Assembly: GCA_950097015.1 (NCBI GenBank)
Contig: CATNEN010000038.1
Coordinates: 19,716,001 to 19,780,000 of the forward strand
DNA length: 64,000 bases
From: Macrostomum hystrix
Taxonomy: Eukaryota; Animalia; Platyhelminthes
Direction of reading: 5' to 3'
Both the position numbers and the translations under genes were made by a program. Below the pieces are notes generated by a model. It was not told where the DNA came from and made no database searches. It worked only from the letters and a program-made list of their open reading frames with translations. Positions 49,135-61,310 of the stretch are shown here, piece after piece (position 1 is the stretch's first letter; each line of letters begins with the position of its first letter).

Positions 49135-52100
49135 CTAATAGTTTGCTGAATAGCTAGAACAGTAACAGAGACCACGGAAAGACTTCAGCTTGCAGTACTC
49201 GGCCTTCAATTGCCGCAGCTCCAACTTGAGATCAGCTGACTTTCGCAAATCTTCGAATAGTCTCTTGCGCAGAAGACTTGACGTCTGAGCAAATTTTTCC
49301 ATTCTATGCTGGCCGTCACGCATTAACTGCTTGATGCTATCCGCTTCGGCAATTATTTCATCAGAAAATAATTCCTGTTGCACCGAAATCAAGTCAGCCT
49401 TCTTTAAGCTGTCCTTTTTGCTTTTCACAGATTCATGTTGATATTTCTGTTCAATGCCCGTCAGCTTGTCTAGCAGTGTGCCAATTCGCGTCTTTAATTC
49501 GTCGTGACACGCGCTGAGTTCTGTCAGATTTTTGTCTGCAGCTCCCAGTTCAATTTTGCTCGCCAAAACTTTCATGTTCAATTTTTCAACGTGCTCATTT
49601 GCCAGAATCAGGTTGGCTTTGAGCTCATTCTCCCGCTCTGTGCTGCTCTCATAATCGAAATCGCCAACTAGAAGTTCAGCAAAGCTTAAAACCACTTCTT
49701 TTTCGAATTCATCATATTGTAGAACTTTTTCTGCCAGTCTTTGTTCTGTAATTTCTAATTGCTTAGTTGTCTCAGCGAAATTGATTGTTACTTCGTCCAG
49801 CTCACATAGTTTATTGTCTAAAATATGTTTCAGGGAGGCGACTTCCTCCTTTGAGACTTGCAATCGCTCGTCGGATGCATATCTTAGCCTATTTTGCTCG
49901 CATAGCTTCATGTACAACTCGTCCTGGGTACGTTTCGCCTCTTTTAATTGTACTTCTGACTGCTCAACCTGTCGATTGAATCTGTTTTTTAGTTCAGTTA
50001 TGGTGCTGTCAAGTACTGCCACAGCACTCTCATGTTCCACGAGCTTCGCCTTAGCTTTCTCTTTGAAATCAGTGAGCTCGTTCTGAGCATAGAGACATTG
50101 TTGTTTTGCGTGCTCAGCTGCAGAGTTACTCTCCTGATGCAGCATTTTGAGTTGGTCGAATTGAGTCTTTAGTAGCTGGCTACATTTGAGCAGCTTCTCC
50201 AATTGCACTTTTAATTTTTGCTTGCCAGTTTTGAGTTCAGATATTTCTGCAGTCATTTGCTTCACTTTAGACTCGGACATTTTAAAATCTTCCTTGATTT
50301 TATTGTTAATCACAGTCAGCTCTTCTGACTGCTCAACCTGTCGATTGAATCTGTTTTTTAGTTCAGTTATGGTGCTGTCAAGTACTGCCACAGCACTTTC
50401 ATGTTCCACGAGCTGCGCCTTAGCTTTCTCTTTGAAATCAATGAGCTCATTTTGAGCATAGAGACACTGTTGTTTTGCGTACTCAGCAGCAGAGTTACTC
50501 TCCTGATGCAGCATTTTGAGTTGGTCGAATTGAGTCTCAAGTAGCTGGTTATCTTTGATCAGCTTCTCCGATTGCACTTTTGATTTTTGCTTGTCAGTCT
50601 TGAGTTCAGATATTTCTGCAGTCATTTGCTTCACTTTAGACTCGGACATTTTATAATCTTCCTTGATTTTATTGTTAATCACAGTCACCTCTTCTATTCT
50701 TTCGTGCAGCTGCAGCTCCAAAGCCGCTTTTTCGTCCAAAGTTATTCGGTTGTAATGTAGAGCATCTTGCAGCGCTTCGCAATGCGATTTCAACTTCTCC
50801 AGCTCAGCCTCTTTAATCGCGACTTCATGGTCTCTTTGACTTGAGTCCTGGCATTTTTTTTCTAGGAATTCATTTCTGTCTTCGTCTGTAAGGGCACTGG
50901 AAGCTTCCTGATCTTTTAGGTCATGACGAGTTCTTTCCGGGTTGCCTTCCGACGAGCCACCTTCAGGTTCAGCATTTTGAAAACATTTTAATGAGACTTC
51001 TAACTGTTGAATTCGGTGTTCCATTTCTGAGCACTCGGCTTTCAGTCGGTCTCTGTCGCTTTTGATTGCGCTAAGCTCAGAATTTTCATTTTGATATTGT
51101 TCTGTGCCCGTGCCTTCTTTTGAATATTTTGATCTGCAAAGTTGATTTGGTAAAGAAGCGAATGAATCAAAGCACTGATTATGGAAGCACAAACGATCAT
51201 ACATATCAGCTTTACTGACTGTTTCTTTTCGATACTTTAGACCCTTCAATATTGTCAAACAGAAATGGGTATTTTCTTTCCCAATCTTTTTAATTAAAAA
51301 ACTTTTTTTATAGTAAGAGCTTTCTACTTAGAAAAGCTGTGCGTTGTTAAAAAAAGTTTTATGCGGATTAGATTCCATGAATGCTTCTGCTAGCTAAGTC
51401 CCACCATCGGGATCAAGGGCCAAAGACTCTAATCGGATTAACAGTAACACACCTGAATGGCGTCAAACCCAAATCCTGTGGTATCGACACCAGCTCTTTC
51501 CAATCAATTCCGACAAATTTCAATCTATTTAGACAAGCTATTGGAGTACATAAATACATGTACGGTACATTTACAGTATACTTCAAAATGCAACAGGACA
51601 ACTAAAACTGTCGGGATTGAAATTGAAATTTCGCAGTATGAGCCATACTCGTATATAGGAGGACAGAAAAAGCCAATTCATAGCCAACTGTCGGAATTGA
51701 TTGCAAATTGTTTGAATTCATTGCAAAGTGTCGGTTTCTCGTGGTAGCTTGTTTGCTTTGCTTGAAAATTGTCGCTTTTGAAAGCACATTTGTCGGAATT
51801 TAATGCACGTCCGGCCAAGAACTACCATAAACTGTCTGAATTGAATGAAAAGATTTTGACTTTGATTGCACGATTGCCAAAATAGAATGGAAAAGGTGAT
51901 TAGTAAGACTAAACGATTTATTTGGAATCGTTTCGATCAGAACCATAGACTGTTGAGCTATAGTTCTTTTTTCCACAAGACCGAGCCAAGTTGGGGAAAA
52001 AAACGATCGCCCCCGTTTATTCATTTGTCTATGGCCAGAACGACTGAGAACTTGTTTCTCGGCCGAGGCGCCTCAGTCGTTCTGACGACGACAGATAAAT

Positions 52101-54178
52101 GAATAAACGGGGGAAAAAGGTACTATAGCTCAACAGTCTATGGTTCTGATCGAAACGGTTCCAAATAAATCGTTTCCTCGTCCGGGACGAATAAATATTT
52201 CTTCGTCCCGGACAAATAAATGCTTCAACACTAGACCTTAGACTTATTTGACCGGGACAAGTGGGGGATAAATACATTGTACCATAGACGTTTTTGCCCA
52301 AGCTATACTTTCAGAGTCAGAGACGGGGGTGTGGGGCAGAGCCCCCACTTCGGGGTGCCATAGACATTTTAGCCTCAGTAAGCCATTCCTATTGGTCGAT
52401 GCCTTTTTGCGGGCGGTTAATGCATGGCTATTAACTGCCCGCAAGAAAATTACCGAGCATTAATTCATCTATGGCCATTAACGGGCAAGACTTTCTGCCC
52501 GCCAGGCAAAAAGGTCATGGTACAATAAAATTGATACCCATGCTTTAAGGGCGTTAATGGTATATTATCACCCACTTGTTTGACTTATCTATGGCGAAAA
52601 CGTCTTCGGACATCGTTTCTTGGAAGCCTCGGCCAATAAACGAGTCCTCAGCCGTTCCCGGCCAAAATAAATAAAAAAGTGGGTGATAACTTATACTTAA
52701 TCCTAAAGCTTGGCCCGGCTGACGAGATTGCACTACACTTTTCTGCGGTCAAATTCAACGTTTTGCCAATCAGCTTAGCCAAGTTTCATTCAAGTTAGCC
52801 AGTCTATGGTAATCGCAGTCGACGCGCCATTTAACTTATAGACTTCGTTCAAGTTCGCCAGCCATGATTCAAGTTCAACACGCCATGGCAGGGTGTGTTT
52901 TGTCTATGGCAAGAAGGGGTAACAAGCTCGAAAAACGATTTTCAAATTACACTCAGCAACATTTAAAACGCAACACTCTAACTAGAAGAAAAATCAACTC
53001 ACTCAGAAGAGTCAAAGCGCATAGTCTATGGTTCAAATCGAGCTTCAGAAACGCGTGTAGCCTCCTCTACAACACTCTAACTAGAAGAAAAATCAACTCG
53101 ACGTAATTTTCGCAGTGATGGTCGAATTCGCGTCTGGCGTGAGCCATGGCTAGAGCTTCTGCAGCAGCACGTGCAAAGCTGCGATGGGCAGGGACCCTCC
53201 GTACACGTGTGGGCAGGGATTTCAATGCGAGGCAGGACCCAGCTGGTTTTCTTAGACGCAAACGTGAACGGCGATGAGTACGCTCGTTTGCTGCAGACGC
53301 ATCTGCTCCCTTTTGTTAACAACCACTTTGGTGGCGTCGCAAACTGCATACTGCAGGACGATAATGCACCGGCGCACCGGGCAGCAGCTGTCAGCGAACT
53401 CAAGGACCAGCTGCACCTGCGTACTCTTCGGTGGCCTTCAAGATCCCCTGATATGAACCCAATTGAACATGTCTGGGACTTTATCAAGCGGAGTGTTCAA
53501 CGGCAGAATCCGCCGCAGACAGTCGCTGAACTGCGAAACGCTGTTGCTAACGCGTGGCAGGAAATTCCCCAGGACTTTTTTCGACGCCTTGTTCTGGGAA
53601 TGCCACGTCGAGTCAACGCCCTGTTACTTGCGAGAGGAGGCTACACGCGTTTCTGAAGCTCGATTTGAACCATAGACTATGCGCTTTGACTCTTCTGAGT
53701 GAGTTGATTTTTCTTCTAGTTAGAGTGTTGCGTTTTAAATGTTGCTGAGTGTAGACAACTTGCAAGCAAATTCAACATGGCTAATCAAGATCGTAAAATC
53801 ATGAAATGCAATAAATTGATTAAAAAACTTACGCATTGAAAACTGTATGCTGGTTCATATGTGATTCTGGTTCATCCAATGTGAATTTTTTAAATCATAT
53901 GAAAAGTTACAAGAAATACCTTTGCTTACCAATATGAACCTTGTCTTCTTAATTACTAATTTCACGTAGTGTGTAAATCCCTAGCAGTCCATGGACTAAA
54001 CAGCTGTACACCGCCTTTGGAAACGTTGTTTCAGCAAAGCAAGTTGCTGAAATAATTCTCACCTGTAATCCTGCAGTTGCAGAGTATCCCCAAAAAACTT
54101 GCAATGTATTTGCACTGTTAATCCATCAAGTAAGTCTGCCCATTTTGTCGTCCTTTCACTGTCAGTTGTCAAGCTCAT
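49135..54178 (-). CDS. Coiled-coil paralogue B (~704 aa, 2 exons) with an internal 123-aa duplication
   Basis: Exons 54178-54063 (116 nt, phase 2) and 51133-49135. A 369-bp direct repeat lies within ~49955-50690. Confidence 0.65.
51911..52176. repeat. Nested palindrome (foldback/MITE-like) carrying CCATAGAC motifs
   Basis: aaacgatttatttggaa..cgatcagaaccatagactgttgagctatagt pairs with its reverse complement at ~52121-52176. An inner inverted pair lies at ~52011-52050 and ~52072-52112. Confidence 0.75.
52950..53751 (+). mobile_element. Second Tc1/mariner deletion derivative (different subfamily) with 119-bp perfect inverted arms
   Basis: TA TSD; arms at 52950-53068 and 53633-53751. The internal partial transposase reads VHVWAGIS...LQDDNAPAH...WPSRSPDMNPIEHVW...GGYTRF*. 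Confidence 0.9.
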
Positions 54179-54904
54179 TGTGAGATTAGCGTATTTTTTC
54201 TATATGCCTTCTTTTCGCCTGATTAAATTTTTTAGCTTTCAGGTCAGGCAAGTAGCTAGCTGTCTCGCTGCATGCTGCTCCAAAACGTCCTTTTTATGAA
54301 AGCTTTCTGCCCCAGTCAGACTTTCGATTACATAGAAAATTACAGACATAGAAGATTACAGACATGGCCAGTTGTACTCACTTTTTGGTTACATTTTTAC
54401 AGACTGCAATGCCAGTCCCTGAAAAAAGCGTTGCTTACCGTTTTTTCTTCTATAGTATTACATTTATAGGGGTATATGCACACACACATGAATGCATCAA
54501 TACGGTAGAACAGTACAGCGTGATAGAAAAAATGAGAAGAAAATGAGAAGAGAGAAGAGAAGAGAGAATTCCAGGTGGGACATTTACTATACGCCCCTCT
54601 GTACGCCCCACCCGGCGCCCTCCCACCAGTCACCGGTGGGGCGTACGGTTTGGCCAAGCGCCCCGCTGGTGGCCCGTCGGCGCGGGGCGCGGGTAGGGGT
54701 GGGGGTGGGGGAGCAGGGTAAATAAAATTCGGGGCATATCCTCAAAGTCTACTGTTAGTAGGCTGTGCTGTATTTTTTGAGTGCAGTAATTGATCGACCG
54801 GCTCGAGCCGCCGGTGGGGGAGCAGTGTAAATAAAATTCGGCGCAATTTCCTCACAGTCTACTGTTAGTAGGCTGTGCTGTATTTTTTGAGCGCCGTAAA
54901 AAGC

Positions 54905-55095
54905 CTAGCAGCAGCTCCGCTCCTGCCCAGCAGCTCCGCTCCTGCCCAGCAGCTCCGCTCCTGCCCCAGCAGCTTCGCTCCTGCCCAGCAGCTCCGCTCC
55001 TGCCCAGCAGCTCCGTTCCTGCCCAGCAGCTCCGCTCCTGCCCAGCAGCTCCGCTCCTGCCCAGCAACTCCGCTCCTGCCCCAGCAGCTCCGCTC
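54905..55095. repeat. 19/20-bp GC-rich tandem repeat
   Basis: cagctccgctcctgcccag, about 10 copies, preceded by a ~60-bp direct duplication (54719 and 54828). Confidence 0.85.
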
Positions 55096-55460
55096 GCCAC
55101 ACTGCCCCCTCCCTCCTGACCATGTACTTTTCATACGTATGTTTCATTTTGTTGTATGCATGCCGTATATATAAAGCGGCAGTCACTTTAAGAGAATAGA
55201 AGAATGGAGAGAAAAAAAATATTTATTAAGAGCTAAAAACTCTCATTTAAACTTAAATGTATGAATCTAGTAGATAAAGTAATTTTGCTCATGAAAAAAA
55301 GAACAGTATAACACAAGCGATAGTATGTTTACAAGTTATAATACCGTACACATTCTAAAATAAAGCTATTATAAGCCCACTATATATTCTGCTATTTCTG
55401 TGCTTTTCTGAGCAATTATTGATAGCATTTTGTCCTAAATATGATCGATTACACCAAAAA

Positions 55461-55825
55461 GGGGTTGAGTGGCAGAGCAGTTAACGCGTTTGCCTCTCAC
55501 GCCAAGGTCCCAAGGACTGAGCTCGATTCCGCGGCGAGGCCACATTCATTTGGGGCGCAGCCGCGGTGAGAAGGCTTGTGGGCTGTCATTCGTCCTTGAG
55601 GGCCAACCTCCAAGGCACAGTGATCGCAGAGTGTACACTGCCTGACGATGAGAAAGTCAGGGCTGATGTACACATCTGTGTGAGCGTGTGCCTGCGTACA
55701 GTATCTGTGTGCGTGTGTGCTCAGGAGTCAGCGAAATGGGCAGAATTGCCTCCTCGCTGGCTGCGGGTCTAGTGTCACCAAATGATGTGCCATTGCCCGC
55801 AGCCCTCCTGAAATTATTCTTATTA
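55461..55825 (+). mobile_element. tRNA-derived SINE family A, near full length
   Basis: A box TGGCAGAGCAG and B-box-like GCTCGATTCC, with the shared body and an AT-rich tail. Confidence 0.8.
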
Positions 55826-56497
55826 TGCGGCTATAAGCAATAATTAAAGGAGATTTGTTAATTGTGCTTAGCGGGTCGATGTACAGGGAGAATAGGGGCA
55901 CTCATGTCTGATTTGCGATTTTAGTGATTTGACAAGCTTCAGTGACTGTATTTTGTACACATTGAGCAAAAATTTCGCCTCTCAGTCTCAGTAATTTTTT
56001 TAATTGTTGAGTTTATTAGATAGTGAAAAATGTCAAAAGTGCTTTTTAAATCAATGAAAACGAGGTCCTTCTCTTTTTATCTTTGAGTTTTTGTCAATAG
56101 GGTTGCAATGAGATCTGAATTCCGGTCACCTTTTAAAATTATTTTTTTGACTCGCGGACAGTACAAATTCATTGCTTCGATGTACTTTAAGCAAACGTAT
56201 GGTTTACATCTCTGATCTTGAAATTTAAGAATGAAGCAATTCTTTGCTTAATGATTTTGCTCAGAATAAGAAAACGTTTTCCATTTATTTAAATTTTATT
56301 GTGCACTCAAATAGCACTTATAAAACCGTTTAGTTTTTACTCGAAGCGAGCCTAACAACAAAGCAAAGTAAAGTTGATAAATAAAGAAACAACAACAAAG
56401 CCTGTGCATTCATAGCGTCAGAAAGGCTGCACGGACTACGAATTAAGTACGAGTCCGTGAAACGCTGCAGATGACATTGACGATTAAAAGTTGAACG

Positions 56498-56980
56498 ACC
56501 ACGGGGTATTTTAAATATTAATGTCCAAAATATTTAATCTGTAACAATGAAAATCCCTCTATTTTCTATCCGATGAAACAACTTCCAAAATCATAAAACA
56601 TATCAGCGTCGTCAAGATAATCAACCCTATTTCGTCCGACAAAAACCAACAATAGACACAATTATTCTTCTTTCAAAGCTCATCATGTTAGGTCAATTTA
56701 GTTTATTATTGCTGATTATATTGCATTGATTATATTGTTAGTTATTATATTTATAACATATTGGATAAACCATGGAGGTTTATACAGAGCAATGTTAGTT
56801 GTCCTTGTCACCAAGGTCTTCGACAAGAATCGCTGAATATCTTGACGATGTTGACGTTGGACGGCTTTGAAAGTTATCATTAAGGCGAAATATTTAATGA
56901 AAATCCAGTCATTAGGTTTGGAGCTATCATGAAGTAGGCATGCAGCGGCTATTTGAAATACCCCCTGGTCTTTCCCCAGG
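56498..56980. mobile_element. Small dispersed element with ~20-bp imperfect inverted ends
   Basis: accacggggtattttaaata ... tatttgaaataccccctggt; a homologue lies at ~10762-11186. Confidence 0.5.
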
Positions 56981-57135
56981 TGAAAATTAGCGCGTTCTTT
57001 CTACTGTTAAATTATTTTATACTGAAATTCAAGCAGTTTAATTAAAACATTGTTGAAACATCCTGCTGTGCTGTTTTCCTAGACAACTTTGTTTTTACAA
57101 CAGCCATCTCTAGAACATTCGGTTTGAGACGAAGC

Positions 57136-58456
57136 TTAAAGATTTTGTTTTGAAGGTAGCTCAGTCTCGAGCCTACGGATTAGCTGCTCGGCTTGCTGAA
57201 TAAATTTAGCCCTGCTGTCGCTGAATCTGTGCATTTCTCTTTCGAACTCGGTGTAGCCCTGACTCTTGGCTGACAAATTTTCGAACCGCCATCTCACACC
57301 GAACGTCTCCTGATGCTCTAGCATCACCCGTTGTTTCGACTCCAACAGGAGGTTGCATTGGCGGCGCAGGGCTCTCAGATTTTTTTCACTCTCCTCAGAT
57401 TTCTTCGTCAACTCAGAGATGGTTTTTCTAAAAAAAGCATCTTCACTCACTTTGTCTTCAAGCTCCCGTCGAATTATAGCCGCTGAAATTAGTTCTAAAT
57501 TGAGCTTCTCTTCACAGCTCTCAAGCTGTCTTTCTTTGGTCTTTAGACTCATCACTAAGCGCTCGTTCTCCAGTTGAACCAGCCTAAATTTGTCCATCAG
57601 CATCTGCTTAGACGCTTCAAGTTTCTTCACATCCCGTGTCTTCATCTCTAGCTCTGTCTCGAGCTGTCGGGTGGACTCTTTAGTTATGCTGAGTTGATCA
57701 GACTGAGTTTTGAGCTCCAGTGCCAAATCTTCTAGCTTCCTGTTGGTTATTTCAGATTCTAGCCCGGCAATTCTTTGTTTTTCATGCAGATGATCTTTCA
57801 GTCGCTGGTTCTCTTCTAGTACCAGCTTGAAGTTGATTTTCAACTCATCATCAGATTCCTTTTTGTAAGCTTTTAGTGTTAGAAGCTCTAAGGTTTTCTT
57901 TTCGAGCTTAAATGCGAGAGACCGATTCTTCTCTTCAAAAATTCTTAGCCTCCTTAATTCTGAGTCCAAGTTCATTGTCCGCTGTTCCAACTCTGAGCAT
58001 CGTGTTGCCAGCTGATCTCGCTCAAGCTTCACATCCTGCAGCTCAGAATTTGTGCGACCAGTTACAGTTTTGCTGACGATGGATCGTTTGTCAGGTCTAA
58101 AAAGAAGAGCGTCATAAATTTATTTAATAAAAAATGCTCGAAGTTCTGAAAACCAGCTTGAGACACAAGGGCTTTGACAGCAATCGAGACAACAGGAGGT
58201 GGTGTGCTTCATTTTTGCAAGAAACACTATATACTCTCCATGGTTGTCATCTGAATGAAATAAGTCATTTTGCCAGTATTGTACCTATTAGAAAAAATTT
58301 CGCTTTGTCATGATATAAATATGCAAAATGGGATGCTTACGCAGGTTTTTCATGAATACTCGTGCAATGGAACTCGATGAGCAGCTGTTTAGTTAAGCTT
58401 TCGACTTGGTCAATCCATTTCGGTTCTTTGATTTTTAAAATGCCATCCGCACTCAT
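57136..58456 (-). CDS. Coiled-coil paralogue C (358 aa, 2 exons)
   Basis: Exons 58456-58341 (116 nt, MSADGILKIKEPKWIDQ...) and 58096-57136. NSELQDVKLERDQLATRCSELEQR aligns with paralogue B NSELSAIKSDRDRLKAECSEMEHR. Confidence 0.65.
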
Positions 58457-59035
58457 TTTTGAGCTGAAATGTACACCATGCAGTTACAACTCTGTGAGAC
58501 CTCTTTTTCGTGTAGCTCGTATTTCTACGTGTTAAACTTCTGGCCTCTTCGCCTGTAGAGTAATTTTTATATCGTACGATTCACTCCTTTTCCAGATCTT
58601 CCACAGTGTACGCACACGATGTACAGTGTTTACACAATTATGAATGTCTGACCAGAACAATGTGAAAATCTTTCTAAGCTCGTGCATTCATGTGAATTCG
58701 AGATACCAATCAAACAATTTTTTTCTACTTTAAGCAAATTCATGTTTTACATTTCTGAACAAAAAAGTATTTTGACCGCGGAAATTTAACTGTGAAACTG
58801 ACAGCAAATGCACTAATCACTGTACCTCTAATGTTGTAAATTTTTGTTTAATTAATATACGAATAAGAGTGAAGAATACTAATATTGGACTATTAGACAA
58901 TGCTAACTTAAATCAAATGTTTTATTTAGACGCAGGTAAATAGTTCATAATTACAATCGACATCACGTGGTCAAACAAAAAATCACATATGGTCAGCATC
59001 AGAATCACCAAGAAGCATTATAAAATTGAGGGCTA

Positions 59036-60562
59036 AACAAACAACAACAACAAAAACAACAAAATACGCTAGCCTCAGGGAGTCAGGGAGGCAGCGTCAG
59101 ATGGCGCGCGCAGAGCCAGCGCGCGAACATAGTCCGCACCGGTGGCAGTGTCGGGCGCCCCGGCGTCGCTCAGCATGCAGTCGACGTAGCGGCGGGTCCT
59201 AGCCTGGCCGCGCCTGAAGGGGTCCTGCAGGGTGAGCAGCAGGACGTCCTGGGCGGGCTGGCGGCAGTAGCTCTCGGCCCGAATAACGTGGCCCGCTAGT
59301 CGAAGTCGCAGGATGGTGGACGGGCGTTGCAGCTGGGCTCTCTCGTACAGAGCCTCGGTCCCGACGCTCTCATCAGCTTGAAAGGCCGCACGGAGCAGCC
59401 CCGAGTGCGCCGAGTCCAGCTGCCGCTCCAGCGTAGCCGTCAGCGTCCACGACTCGGCGTTGTACAGCAGGACGGTCTCGACCACAGCCTGCCACAGCCG
59501 AGCCCTCTGGCGGTCAGGCAGCGCTGTGGACTGGAGGACTGCCCGGATCGAACGGTAGGCCGCCCATGCGAGTCCTCTGCACCGCCAGATGTCGTCTTCC
59601 ACGTTGGGCACCAGACCGCCGAGGTAAGTGAACCGCTTGCAGCGTGCGAGCGAGATGATCTGCCCGTCTGCGCCGCGGCACGTCAGGTCCGCTGGGATGT
59701 CGGCCGGCACGGTCAGCACGTCAGTCTTAAGCGTGTTAATCACCAGGCCAACGCTTGATGCCACCTCAGCCAACCTGTCAATCTGGCGCTGGGCACCTTC
59801 GACAGTTGAGGACAGGAGCGCGAGGTCGTTGGCGTAGCCAAGCACGCTGAGGCGCTTCTCATCGTGGCGGCGACCGATGCGTCTGCGCAGCAGGAAGCCG
59901 TCTTTAGCCGAGAGGAGCGCAGTCCGAAGCATCCGGTCCAGGAGAAGCACGAAGAGGAACGGGGCCAGAGTGTCGCCCTGCAGCACTCCTGACGAGGTGG
60001 CAAAAAGGTCGGACAGGCCGTCCGCCGTAACAACAGGAGTGCGCGTGTCGCGGTACAGCGACATGACAGCGGCGACTAGCTGCTCTGGGACCCGGTAGGC
60101 ACGAAGGACGAGTGGGAGCGCGGCTCTCGACACCGAGTCAAACGCCTTGCGGAAGTCGACAAACACGACGATCAGCGTTGACTGGCGGATGCGCGCCTCT
60201 TCGATGACACGGCGGAGTGCGAGGATCTGGGTCACTGTACCGTGCTGCGGCCGGAACCCGTTCTGCTCGTAACGGAGGTACGGGTTTAGCACCGACTGCA
60301 GGCGATCGAGAAGCAGTCGTTTGAAAAGCTTCGCGGTGCAGGACACAAGCGAGATCCCGCGGTGATCTTCTTTCCGCGTTGTCCCAGCCTTCTTCGGGAT
60401 CGGCACGATGTGTGCTACGGTCCACTCGGTGGGCGCAGGGGCGCCGGCGAGCACGCGGTTTATGGCGCCTGTGACTTAGGTAGCCACACAGCGGAGCCGC
60501 AGCGCATCGACCGGAACCTCGTCGGGGCCGAGCGCCTTGCCGCCAGATGTTCTCCGAGCGTG
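59036..60562 (-). mobile_element. 5'-truncated non-LTR retrotransposon (RTE-like), RT domain and C-terminus
   Basis: Motifs PIPKK, RGISL, EQNGFR, FVDFRKAFDSV, GVLQGDTLAPFLF and YAND (degenerate YADD). GC-rich, with a very short 3' UTR and a (TTG)n tail. Confidence 0.9.
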
Positions 60563-60944
60563 CACATTGCACCAGTATATTTACACTACAGTATATTAGA
60601 ATTCAAGGGACTGTGGTTATGTGGTATAAACTAATTAAATATACTAATACACTAATTTATTAAGTTCGACCAATTTGAATATGAAAATCGTTTTAACAAA
60701 GCATTTCTTGTCTATATTTGTATGGGTTAGGCTATATACAAGCCGTACAAGTCACGGAATGGGTGATATTTTATTGGCAGTTGACGAAATGACCAATATG
60801 GGAATCCAGTTGACGAAATGGAATTAAAAAACTGCATAAATTCGAGTAGTTATGTTAGTTGACATAACTAATTAGCTAGGCTATGCCTAGGCATGATATT
60901 TTTTCTAAGCATTTAATCTATTTATCTAATAATGGTATGTCCTC

Positions 60945-61310
60945 ATGTTGAAAATGTGGAATCGCTGCAGAAGAATAATAAAACCAAATATCTAATGATG
61001 CAGTTGGCTACGTTTGCCAAGCAGTGACACCGAAACAAAGAAAAATGAAGACTTGCAGAAAAGGTAAATTTACCACTTGATGTGTTATAATTCTTTAAAT
61101 CTACCAAAATAAAATGAAAATTCTACTAGACCTTAGGAACCGGTAAGATTATGCCAGTCTCCTTAATTCTTTCATTCGACGTTTCTGCCTAGTAAAATGC
61201 GACCTAATAAAAATTTCAAGCTTTTCAGTGAGTTTCTTTTTAATAAACTTTCACATAAAAAATAGATACGACTGCCTTGATCATCCCAGATCCTCAGATT
61301 GTCCTTCCAT
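60945..61310 (+). pseudogene. Inverted, degenerate fragment of the 797-7042 coiled-coil gene (exon end plus introns)
   Basis: Aligns to the reverse complement of ~5720-5130 (e.g. aatgaagacttgcagaaaaggtaa; gcctagtaaaatgcgacctaataaaaat; atagatacgactgccttgatcatcccag). It is frameshifted and most of exon 5528-5316 is deleted. Confidence 0.75.

Noticed and set aside
46327-58096. One gene with three alternative last exons
   Set aside because: Each terminal exon has its own upstream homologous ATG exon, so three genes is simpler, although cross-splicing is not excluded.
59075-60454. Active or domesticated reverse transcriptase
   Set aside because: It is 5'-truncated with no endonuclease, YADD is changed to YAND, and there is no real ATG start. 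It is an ordinary dead LINE copy.
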